The translations under genes were made by a program, and so were the position numbers. DNA of 20,000 nt from Vermamoeba vermiformis (lineage: Eukaryota): the NCBI GenBank assembly GCA_045837725.1, contig JBEWZL010000036.1, forward strand, positions 183,706 to 203,705, read 5' to 3'. Positions within the stretch are counted from its first letter, which is position 1. Each line of letters begins with the position of its first letter. Below are positions 9,895-20,000 of this stretch, piece after piece. The notes beneath the pieces are model-generated. The model searched no databases, had not been told where the DNA came from, and worked only from the letters and a program-made list of their open reading frames with translations.

Positions 9895-11290
9895 CTAAAC
9901 GTTCTCGTAGTCCGCTGGTTTGAAGCCGCGAGGGTACGACCTTCCCAAATAAGGATCAATCGAAGTCAACGGAGGGTCAATTCGATTATACATAACACTA
10001 AAGTTGACATTCGTGAGTGCTGCTTGCTGGTCCAAGTAATCTTTGCACAAATTTGTTTGCTCCGCTTCCGATGGTACCACGTGACTGTCCGAGCCATATA
10101 TGCAGTTCTGATGTGCCAGTAAGTACTTGATACATTTCATAAGGCCAGGCTCATCGTACACAGGCAAGACAACGCCCAATGAAAATCCCCAATCAGGCTC
10201 CTCTTGTGCCTCGACAGCTCTGCGGAGATATTCCGTCGCACGCTCCAAACAAGCCTGATTATTCCACTCGGCACCGTGCTCGTGTGCATATGATAAACAA
10301 TTATACGCGCCATTTTCACTCGCGACGAGACACGTGTCAAGGTGCCACGGGGCGCCATGTTCGTGCGCATACTGAAGTGCTGCCAATTGATTTTTCCGCA
10401 CGGCGATAGCGGTGATGTCATCGGGCCAAGAGTAACCATTGTTGTATGTATATTCGTACATTGATATATCTCCCTTTTCGTAGAAAAATTCGAATGATTT
10501 GATGTCCGCGCGATAATTTTTCTGGAGCAAGTTGTCCACCATACTTGCAAGCATTGGGTTGGAGATGATATAACTAGGAATTGATGTCCATTTGGGTCTA
10601 ATACCTTGAGCCCACAGGTACTCGCACTTCTCTAAGTACCCATATTGTATAGTCTTCTCTATGTCGTGTGGCACAAACGGGATCCGGACCATTTTGTGAA
10701 TATATTCCAAACAACGAAGATCCTTGCTTTCACTACCAATAATAATTGACTTGAGATTTTCCTGCGAATAAGGATGTCCGTGTGATATAAGATATTCTAA
10801 TATGTCGTAATTATCTTTTGTTGCTGCTGCGTCGATGATCCGAAAGTGGGTCAAGTTATCGAAGCCAAATCCGTTTTCGTGCGCGAATTTAATGCACGAT
10901 AAATTTCCATTACGCGCAAACTGCTCTAATATGAGTGTATAATCGAGGTGTTCTTCGTAATGAGCTAGAACGCTTGGATGTGTCTTGCAAAGTTGATGAA
11001 GTTGTTTGTTGACCAGTGGTAAGAATAAAAAACTCGCTCGTGCATATAAATCACGACCTAATGATGCATATCCAATACGATCAATAATAAGGTTCCAAAT
11101 ATCATTCGGAAGCTCCTGAAAAATAATAATAACGTTAGAAAAATATTATTAAATTTCACATCGAGGGCTAAGGACCAAAATAGTTAAAAAATAATTTCAT
11201 AAATAATTATACAAATAGAATGGATATGCTGATGTGCGCCGAATGCCAATTTAACGAAAATTAAAAAAAATATTAACTTTGTCTTACCAT
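9895..11290 (-). CDS. F-box-like N-terminus + ankyrin-like repeat protein (xLxYAHExGxPW type)
   Basis: ATG (11290-11288), intron 11287-11116, then one in-frame exon 11115-9895 starting ELPNDIWNLIIDRI. Repeats ARNGNLSCIKFAHENG, LAALQYAHEHGAPW and ASENGAYNCLSYAHEHGAEW. Confidence 0.85.
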
Positions 11291-11557
11291 GCCTGCCAGA
11301 AACAAACGCAATAATTTAACGAACAATATTCGTAATTGCTCCTTTCAGTGTTACTATTGTGCACAACTCGTTGTTGTGTTGTTCGTTTTGAACGCAGCCG
11401 TTAAAATTAGTCTTAAACCCAATATTTTCGTTGCTGCTTCTGCTAAGAGGCCCTTAAGTAGATAAAATATCATATTAGAGTCGCAGTATTATAGTGTTAC
11501 GCTTTTTATATTTACAGCAAGTTTCTTGGGCGAGTTGGATCCAAGAAGCGGTGAAGA

Positions 11558-12300
11558 TCAGTCTTCAAAATCTTCAGAACGGTACATCATGAGCTTAAGC
11601 GGTGATATTTTAGACAGTATAGGCTTCCAGTAATTAATATCAAAATCAGCAAGCAGATCTGGCTCGTCTTGGTATTTGTAAGCCCAACCTGAAAGAAACT
11701 CGGTCAGTTCGTTCAATAAATTGCGGATTGTGACGTGCTTACATTCAAATCCTCCAGCCAATAAGCATCTGAATAATATTAATGATTAGGATGTGTTATA
11801 TTAACTGTTTGTTACTAACGTTTTTGTCGGATGTCGTGCAGGTAACATTTCTTTAAACATTGCAGCGCACTTTGGACCTCTATTTTCGCTGTGCATGCAA
11901 TGAAATATGACAGCTTTTTTATCACGATATGTTTTAACGAGATCAGGCAGCATTGCTTCAAAATTTAAAGACGGGATGTGGACGCTAAGAAAGAATCACA
12001 AGTTAGTAGCAAGAATAAGTTAAGAATATAATATTCACTAATTAATTATGTTATATTAATCATACCTATTTGGTATTCGGCCGAATAAGACGTCTTCGTC
12101 TCGAACGTCAATTATAATAAAATCGTCTAAACGATTATCTCGAAACAATTTAGCCACTTCGGACGGAAGGACCTATAAATATACATAATAGCATTAGTAT
12201 ATATAATTTTTTAACATGAAAATATTGTAGACCGTCACAGAAACTATTTCTAGATCAGATCTAAACTTACGACTCGATAGGGTGTCTTGTATCGACTCAT
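11558..12300 (-). CDS. Cdc25-like rhodanese phosphatase / arsenate reductase (ACR2/Ych1/Ibp1 family)
   Basis: Exons 12300-12271, 12172-12066, 11984-11820, 11768-11743, 11688-11558. Motifs IIDVRDED...GRIPNSVHIPS, active site VIFHCMHSENRGPKCA (HCX5R) and LAGGFECW. Confidence 0.9.
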
Positions 12301-12446
12301 TAGTGATTATAAATATTATTATATCACACACTAGCAAATATACTCCGTTAATACTTCGGTTGTGTTCACCTAACGGTGCAGTGTCAAAAAATAGGAATGG
12401 ACCGATCGCGTTCATTTTTTAACTCGATCCAACTCTTTAAACAACA

Positions 12447-14194
12447 ATGCTAACACTATGGAGAGGTAGATCCCTCTTATTTAAGAATGATGCAATGCGC
12501 GGCTTCACTATTAGCACTCAACAGTGTGTAAGATCGTTTGCAACCGAAGCACATCCCGCTAAAGAAGAGTAAGAATTTTTTAAAATTATATGGGCACGAT
12601 ATCTTTTATCTAATATATGGTTGCGTATGAAGAATATCGTATTAGATTATTTGTATAATTTACTAATTTTTTGATGCCCGTAAAACCAACCTGCAGTAAC
12701 TTACAACGTTTCTTAGTAAGGGAATATTCAACAAAAAAGAAGCACAATCAATCAAAGGCAAATCTTCATCGTGAGTTCATAATTGGATTGTAGATCAGAT
12801 CGAACTAAAATTTGGTGTCAGATCAACTCAATGGCTACAAAGAAAATTCAACGATAAATTTACAAGAAAAGCTCACGAAGAGAATTTAATTTCACGAGCG
12901 GCATTTAAACTTCAAGAAATCCAACGCAAGTTTAGAATTATAAAACGAGGCAACATCGTCTTGGATCTCGGGTATGTGGCCTGATTAACAAATGAAGATA
13001 TCTTAAAATAATACTATATAACCAATAGAGCAGCACCTGGTGGTTGGAGTCAGGTAAGTTCTTGTTTAATTCGTCGCGTACTGGATCTCATCGAGCTCGA
13101 TCCTTTTAGATTGCTTCTCGATTATGCGTCTACAGTTCTGAAAAGAAAGCGGAGCTTGAAAAAGACGAAGAAGATCGAATGTCGAGAGGGCAGGTCTTTA
13201 GTGTTGATATTAAGGGTATAGACTCATTCGTAAAACTCCGAGATTGTGGATCGGAACTAAATTTTTTAATTTTAGAAATGGAACCTATTAGAGGCTGTAT
13301 ATGCCTTAAGCTGGACTTTACGGAAGATTCCGCTGTAAATACAATCAATTTAATGCTCCGCGGACGGACAACAAACGTCGTATTAAGGTAAGGGGATCCG
13401 GCCTTATTTGTCAAGTACTAACGATTGGTTTAGTGATATGGCCCCGTCATATTCCGGTCAAAAAGATATCGATCACATGCGATTGATGGTATGCAATTCC
13501 ATTGTATCAAATTTAAGTTTTTAGATGCAGACCTGGAAATTTACCGTCGAGTCCCAAATTGGTGCCAATTTAGTCTTTCATATGTGAACCGTTTTATTAT
13601 TAGTTTGTGTCTATCGTGATTTCCGTAGTTCATTTGCTGACAAGAAAATATACCGATCAGGATCTGAGCACTCGCGCGTTTGAGTTTGCAAAGAAAGTAT
13701 TAAAGTCCGGAGGTCATATAGTGCTTAAAGTGAGCCGCGGAGGAACAGAAGGACAGCTTAAAAAGAAGTTAGAAGAATGTTTCAGAAAAGTCCAATATTT
13801 CAAACCGGATTCATCGTTCAAAGATTCAACGGAGATATATTTAGTTGGCATTGGTTTTAAGAGGCCAAAGAGCGCTCAAAATGAAGATAGTTATCAATTC
13901 AATTACACGAGAGTCCCAAACACAGACACAAACATAGACAAGTTTGACCAAACGTTGACCGAAAAATCAAAGTCCACGGATCTGCCTCCAAATACTCAAA
14001 AGCCAGGCGCAAACGATACTATGAATACTAGTAGCACTATAGTTAAGGAAAATAGGAAGGTGCAGTCAGAAGTAAAGACAAGCAGTGAAACTCCAGCCGC
14101 GCAAGTACATCCACCTAAGAAAAGTTCTGCAGCAAGTAAGAAACAAGACAAGTATCAGATCAATAAGGTGTTTGGATACAAAAAGCTAATATAG
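12447..14194 (+). CDS. MRM2: Mitochondrial rRNA 2'-O-methyltransferase (RlmE/FtsJ family)
   Basis: Exons 12447-12568, 12717-12770, 12822-12971, 13029-13053, 13110-13215, 13276-13387, 13434-13488, 13661-14194. Presequence-like MLTLWRGRSLL...VRSFAT; motifs SSTQWLQR, SRAAFKLQEI, VLDLGAAPGGWSQ, LSDMAP and FKPDSS...STEIYLV. Confidence 0.93.
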
Positions 14195-14773
14195 CAATAC
14201 GATAAATAATAATGTCACTAGTTTGTGTTACGAAATGGATCTGCACCCGCATGGATCTTCTACTACTGCAACACGAGCTTGTGTTTCATGAACGAAGTGT
14301 GCTAAAGAGCCAATAGTACGATTAGGTCCATCGTACGATCGAAATCAAAAAAAGTGCTCCTCAAAAATGACTACGGAGAAGGACTCCAACGGGATCTGGA
14401 GATCCGGAAACGATAATTATAGCGTTCAATGTGACTCGATGACCATTTGGACACTACAAAGGGCAATTATATTTTTGACTGCACAACGCTACTCTCTCCG
14501 TCACACAATCGAATTTATTCTCATACTGGCGGCACGGTATCATCATGACTACGCACTATGCTTTCCTCAAGGAAACTGTCAGATAGCCCTGAGCTAAGTG
14601 TTAATAGTTCATTTGTCTTAAACTATCACAATCGAAACAAAACGCTCATAATTTTTCCGTTTTGACTTTTGAGACACATCCGCAAAATTTCGCTCATTTA
14701 TTTGCAAGGCACGTGTACAGATTCTTTTCAATAATTGCTCTTTATTTAATAGCGAACGTTTCCATGATTTGTA

Positions 14774-15543
14774 ATTCACAATAAAACGAAATTGGAGGAG
14801 CCCCACAAAAGGCTTGCAGAGCTTTTGGATGTCGGATTGCCAATGCGTTGCAACGCTGCCAATAAATTGGGATAATATGATGAAAGGAATAACACCTTGT
14901 TTGAGCTACGAGCCAGTGCGACAAACTCCCCGTCCAGATTGATCAAAACAGTACGCGATTACGTCAATTCAGGACTCAAGCCACAGCAAGAAATTGCAAA
15001 AGAGATTGGTTTAAGGTAAGTAGTTCACGCCGTCAGTGTTTCATTACAATTTGAGGGACAAATCTGCTTATGAAAATAATTGAAAAGGCTTTTACTAAAT
15101 ATCGATTGCACAGTCGCACAAAAATGAGCCAGTTTATGAATAATGCAAAGCGAGTCAAAGGCTGGACAGAAGTGGAGTTTAAATTAGACAAATGGATAAA
15201 AGAGTTTAAGAAATCAAAGCGAACAGCCCACATCCGCTTTCTGGAGAAGGTTTATGACTCCAAACCGGGTAAACCCGAGCGTCCCATAGTAGAAAATGTA
15301 TACAGAAGATCTCACAAGACTCTGCCAAGTGGCATATCACTGGATCCGCTCACACAAAATGAAACAATTTTCAATGTTATGGATGATAGAAATAGCTCTT
15401 ATAGTCTCAGTGAGCCCGAAGAAGATGTGGATAATGACTCATGCATTTCTGTGTCAAGCAAAGATAGCGAACAACAAGCAGCTATTTTTGAGTTCAAACG
15501 GACGAAGATTGTTGGTCTTCTTTTGAGATTAGCAAAGTGTTGA
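14774..15543 (+). pseudogene. Disrupted or 5'-unresolved gene with a Cro/C1 (lambda repressor-like) HTH
   Basis: Exon 14876-15015 joined through intron 15016-15113 gives LIKTVRDYVNSGLKPQQEIAKEIGLS|RTKMSQFMN...LDKWIKEF. Upstream, this frame has TAA at 14873, the alternative open frame ends in TGA at 14940, and no clean start is found. Confidence 0.45.
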
Positions 15544-15664
15544 ATATGTAAATAATGTAGTATATGACTTATTCGGCCTAATTTTTGTTTATACTTGGCC
15601 AAATAAAAGTCTGTGCAAGCAAATCTGGGTCCCGACTCAATTAACACGTCTTTATATCATTGAT

Positions 15665-17894
15665 TTATTTTCTAAATCCACCGCATTCCTCTTCGTAATT
15701 TGCAGGTATCAATTCTTTCGCTGTTTTCAAGAAATCTTCAACCGGACAAAGAGTGCGATCACATCCCTTCGGCAGCACTTCGTGGTGATTATAAATAAAC
15801 TTGACGAAGCGTTTGTTGCTAGTCTTATTTCTCCACAGCTCCCATACAATAAACGCGCCCATGTCTGGATGCTTATTATCAAATACCTATGCAATGTATA
15901 ATTAACGACTGCGGATCCAGGAAGAGACATTGCAAGTTTTGGATTGCCTTATTTAGAAAGTATTTCCGAAGCGAATCGGATCTTACCTTGAAAGCATTCA
16001 GCAGTGGTGATAAAGTATTGTCGTGACCTGAGTACAAGTACATCTTGGGCTTCAATTGTTTTTCGTGGCTCGGCGTGTCAATCTGTTCTTGGACCACATC
16101 CGTAAGATTTTTTATAAATCGACCAATGGCAAGACGACTAATTTCTTGCGAGCCAAACAAATCTGCGTATTCCTGACCACTCAATAAACCTACGAAAAGT
16201 TCGTAAGTAAGATAGGCCGATTGACAAAGTTTGAAATTTCACGGCTGAGGATCCATTAAATATATATTACGATTATACGCAGCACGTTATAACTATTATC
16301 ATATAATTTGGAAACACAAACTGAAATTTAGCATTATTGTCCGAAAATAAAATTTAAAACTTACCAATGTTATGCACGTCACCTGGCGAGATATTTTTAG
16401 GCAACGGAAAATCGTGATAAATCGCTGAATATAGCGTGTTGAATAGTGCTTGAAGCTCTTTTTTGGCCCACACACTGCACTCTTTTTGTTCTTCTTCGGA
16501 TTCGGCTCCCGCGCAAAACATTTTCTGACCAACATAGTATCTTATTAGTATAAGCTATATAATATAATACTAATCGATATAAAAGTACTAATTTACTGCT
16601 ATTGTTTAAGCAAGGTATTTCAACGACGAATTTTATTCTTAAAAGTTGATTTTCAAGCGGAATACCGTCGGTTGTATTTAGCGGTATTGAGCCGAAAGGT
16701 CCAGCGATAGTATTAAGAACGATATTGGAGTATTATAGTATTGTGTCTATAAATGTAAATGTATACCAAATTATACGTTTAGAATGCCAGTTTGTGTTTA
16801 AAAATACTTAAGCAATTCAATAATTCTTACCGTGATTTTCTCTTGTCTCTCGATCTGTTGCGGTGCTATTCGCAAGTCTTTGACGGCTTGATGAATTTTC
16901 GAGCAGGAATGTCTATAATTAGAAACGTTTTAGTCGAGGGAACTGAATCGACCCAAAATCCATTGATATCGCTTAATAACCGATGCTAATATAGAGTATA
17001 TGGCCTACGAACATACCTCGGATACATGTTCTCGCTGGCACGATCGAAGATATTAACAGTTAAAATTTCTAAAATAGGAAATAAAGTTAACTACTTTAGA
17101 CTACATTAAGGATATTATATGAGTACTTACGTCCGTCTGAACGAGTGTTACGAGGATATAAACCACTTAAGATAGTATAAGCGGTTTCAATTGTTCTTTT
17201 GGAATCGGTTGATCGAATCCACAACGAGTTCAAATCCAGGTTATGAGGCAACAGCTTGTACTCCTCAACGTAGCGATGACGAAGATATTCACCTGTCTTC
17301 TTAATGTCTTTCAAGCCTTTAGCTGTTAATTGGCCCATGTAACAGTTTCCAGCCTCGTTACGTCGCGTCACTAAAAAAAATTATTCTTAGCATTTATTCT
17401 TAATTTCTAAAAATATTATTTATATGTTTATAATATTGTAGACACTATTTCATCACAATCTAACTGTAATAGTCGCAAATTGAAAATTAAGATTTTGTCT
17501 AAAAATTCCTTTTCATTTTGCATCGTTAACTAGACGTTCAATTAAGCTAGAAGTAACTTAAATTATTATAATACGTACTTTTTTCAGCCTCAAATTGATT
17601 GTACGAGACTGGAGGTTCGCCGCCTCGCGAGATCAGAAGATCATGAATTTTCTCTTGCAAGTTGTCGCACTGCCATTCAGTCTTGTCATATGGATGAGGG
17701 TATCTACTAAGAGGTGTTCGAACTCCATGGCGGGTGATCACTTGGATTTGTTCCAGTTCGAGATTTGGATCGGTTGGATGTCTATGCTCGATGTGCGCAA
17801 GATATGGAAGTGTTTGAAGCAAGGACGATGGTGCACCAAAAGAGGTTATGCTTGTGGCACCATATACAGCGGATAGTAAGTGATAACCAAACAT
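15665..17894 (-). CDS. Histidine acid phosphatase (branch 2; ACP6/lysophosphatidic acid phosphatase-like)
   Basis: Exons 17894-17579, 17370-17131, 17068-17017, 16912-16831, 16524-16365, 16189-15987, 15886-15665. Motifs QVITRHGVRTP, GQLTAKG, IRSTDSKRTIETA, YSGHDNTL and LCPVEDF. Confidence 0.92.
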
Positions 17895-18053
17895 AATTAG
17901 TCTTGTTTTGTTGTCGTTGTATCTTGGCACAAAAATAAAATGAAAAGTTGAGAGCTTTTCCGGTTTTTTTGCTTGTTTTGATGACGTGTCCTAGCACCAC
18001 TATAAGTGCAAATATTTTGTGAAAGACGAAGAGAGTCGCAAAGATTTTTTTGG

Positions 18054-18806
18054 ATGGATGTCGATCAGTTTGGCGAAGATAATCGTCCTCCTGTTGAAAA
18101 ACGAGGAAAATTAGCTCGAGAATATGCAGAATTATTTAATAAGGTCGAAAAATTATCAATAGAAGAGCAGCAAATGTTATTGGCGTCGTTGAAAGCCGAT
18201 GAACTTTTGACGGATCTACCAGCAGAGATAGACAGTGATTATATAGAAAATTTGATTAAAATTGAGACTGGAAGCGCGTTCAATATTTACGTGGTTAAAT
18301 TCACTGGCGAGAAAATACGTAAGTTGTTATTTTACAATCTTAACAATTAACAAGGCTAATTCGTTGCCTTTTTGATTTTGAGCAAAATATTACTTAATAT
18401 GATAAATAATATTATTATGAGGCTTATGTCGTCTGTTGATTTTTGGATGCGCGTCTGGATCTAATTTTTATTTTCGTTTATGAAGCATTAGTGGTCTCAA
18501 GTGAATCAACCGTGCACGACGTTAAGCAAGGCTTGAAGCGAATTATTTCAAAACAAGAAGAAAGTGCAATGGAACCGAGAAAAATAAGCTGGTACGTACT
18601 TAGCAAACCGAATCTGCTTTAGAAACGAGTAAGTCTAACGTAGTCTATTGATACATAGGAAATATATTTGGCGCACATACGTCCTGCAGCACGGTAATAC
18701 GAAGTTGTCGGACGACAATGCCAGATTAGGTGATCTTGGTGTTGGCAAGGACAGCGAGCTCGTGTTCAACAAAGTTCGTCGTGAGAAATGGGCACAGAAG
18801 AATTAA
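18054..18806 (+). CDS. SNRNP25: U11/U12 small nuclear ribonucleoprotein 25 kDa protein (ubiquitin-like fold)
   Basis: Exons 18054-18318, 18486-18591, 18659-18806. DELLTDLP...IKIETGSAFNIYVVKFTGEKIPLVVSSESTVHDVK...ISWKYIWRTYVL...KLSDDNARLGDLGV matches the SNRNP25 pattern I recall (DPLLCDLP...ISWSYVWRTY). Confidence 0.9.
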
Positions 18807-18908
18807 AATTGGCATTTTTATATAAGAGGCAGGTGCGGATAAAAACATAGGCAATTTGTAACGGGTACATCTGCGCAAAAAATTGAGTTTTTTTTTAGTA
18901 TCTTGCTA

Positions 18909-20000
18909 TTTTATTTTAATATTAGAATATTCGCTACAAAATAACTAATAATTAATTTAAAAGGCAAGAGCGAGTGCCATCAAAGCAACTGCAGGACCAA
19001 CAACTGAAGCGCTGCTAGTTTTTGCCTTTGGAGTGGCGGCAACAGGCGCGCTAGCCACAGGAGCAGCAACAGGGGCAACGGGAATGGCATTGCAAGTGAA
19101 TCCATCGCCAGTGAAGCCTTCATTGCACACACACGAGTATCCGAACATCTCTTCGATGCACTTCGCGTTCGCTGAACACTTGTTGGCACTGGCAGAAGCG
19201 CACTGGTCGTTGGGAATGAGCCAGATGCTGTTATAATTTGGAGTCCCTTTATTGGTGCCTGGACCACCACCCACAACGTACATATCGCCGTTGAAGTTGA
19301 TACCATTAGTACGAGCAGGAAAGGTCACGCCAGTATAATTCGAACCAGTCTGACGATAGTTCACAAAGGAAGTAGTAATATCGGCATCAACCGTGTGCGT
19401 GTCGCCGTGCACGAGCTTCCACTGCTTCAACGTCTTGTTGTACAGCCACACTTGGTTCAACGGTCCCCAGTTTCCATCGTCGGTGTATCCAGCAGTAGCA
19501 ACCATCATTGCAGTGCCGTCCATGCGATCAACAAACAGCATGCCTTCACCACTGCCAGGATGATTGTCGGGATGATAGTCAGCGGACACAGACACAGGAT
19601 ATGCACCAACAGTGTCAGGACCGAACTCGGGCTCCCACTCTCGCTTGACACGCGTGTCAAAGGTCCAAATGCTGCCATAGTCTTCGTAGCCATTAGCAGT
19701 GTTTCCCCAGCCACTGTAGAGCCAGACACGATCGTTCTCATCGATGAAACAACCAGGATTCCATACACCACCAAAATATGTAGCATTATAATTGACTTTC
19801 TGTTCGGTAATGCTGCCAGTGATGAAAGTCCATAGCAACGATGTTGTGTTGAAGTGCCAAACACTGCTATGGACGCCGTAGCTGTTGTAACCAGACAACA
19901 GCCAGATGTCGTTGTTGGAGTCAGTGACCAGGCATGCTGCTTCCGAATATCCAGGCCACACGTCCTCTCCAGGTTGGCCAGGATTAGCGCCGATGCTTGG
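18909..20000 (+). repeat. Direct duplication of ~7775-8860, including ~50 nt of 3' flank
   Basis: Shared 3' flank ATATTCGCTACAAAATAACTAATAATTAATTTAAAAGG; 7956-8093 is identical to 19096-19233. Confidence 0.92.
18957..20000 (-). CDS. Kelch-propeller + EGF + GPI surface protein, copy B (5' part beyond window)
   Basis: Colinear paralog of 7826-8860 at an offset of about 11.1 kb. The ORF stays open to the window end. Confidence 0.88.
   Translation of the reverse strand, partial: PSIGANPGQPGEDVWPGYSEAACLVTDSNNDIWLLSGYNSYGVHSSVWHFNTTSLLWTFITGSITEQKVNYNATYFGGVWNPGCFIDENDRVWLYSGWGNTANGYEDYGSIWTFDTRVKREWEPEFGPDTVGAYPVSVSADYHPDNHPGSGEGMLFVDRMDGTAMMVATAGYTDDGNWGPLNQVWLYNKTLKQWKLVHGDTHTVDADITTSFVNYRQTGSNYTGVTFPARTNGINFNGDMYVVGGGPGTNKGTPNYNSIWLIPNDQCASASANKCSANAKCIEEMFGYSCVCNEGFTGDGFTCNAIPVAPVAAPVASAPVAATPKAKTSSASVVGPAVALMALALAF

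Noticed and set aside
1-20000. Alternative genetic code, CRISPR arrays, tRNAs, transposases
   Set aside because: The conserved genes translate cleanly with the standard code and end in TAA, TAG or TGA. I saw no spaced repeats, cloverleafs or transposase motifs.

Overview
Compact, intron-rich eukaryotic nuclear DNA, probably from an amoebozoan-like protist (inference). All introns I could model are GT-AG. Genes in order: a Cramped/TKI1-like SANT protein (+); a divergent phosphopantetheine adenylyltransferase-like gene (-) head-to-head with MRI1 (+); a small two-repeat F-box-like gene (-); a secreted kelch-propeller/EGF/GPI surface protein (-); an F-box-like/ankyrin protein (-); a Cdc25/ACR2-type rhodanese (-) head-to-head with MRM2 (+); a disrupted HTH gene (+); a histidine acid phosphatase (-) head-to-head with SNRNP25 (+); and a second, partial kelch-EGF paralog (-). 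The most striking feature is a complete 5S rRNA gene (2292-2410) in sense orientation inside the last intron of the Cramped-like gene. It is immediately preceded by a degenerate antisense copy of its own 5' half and enclosed by a 12-bp outer stem. Most other long introns also fold into nested stems. All gene models and pairings were worked out by hand.
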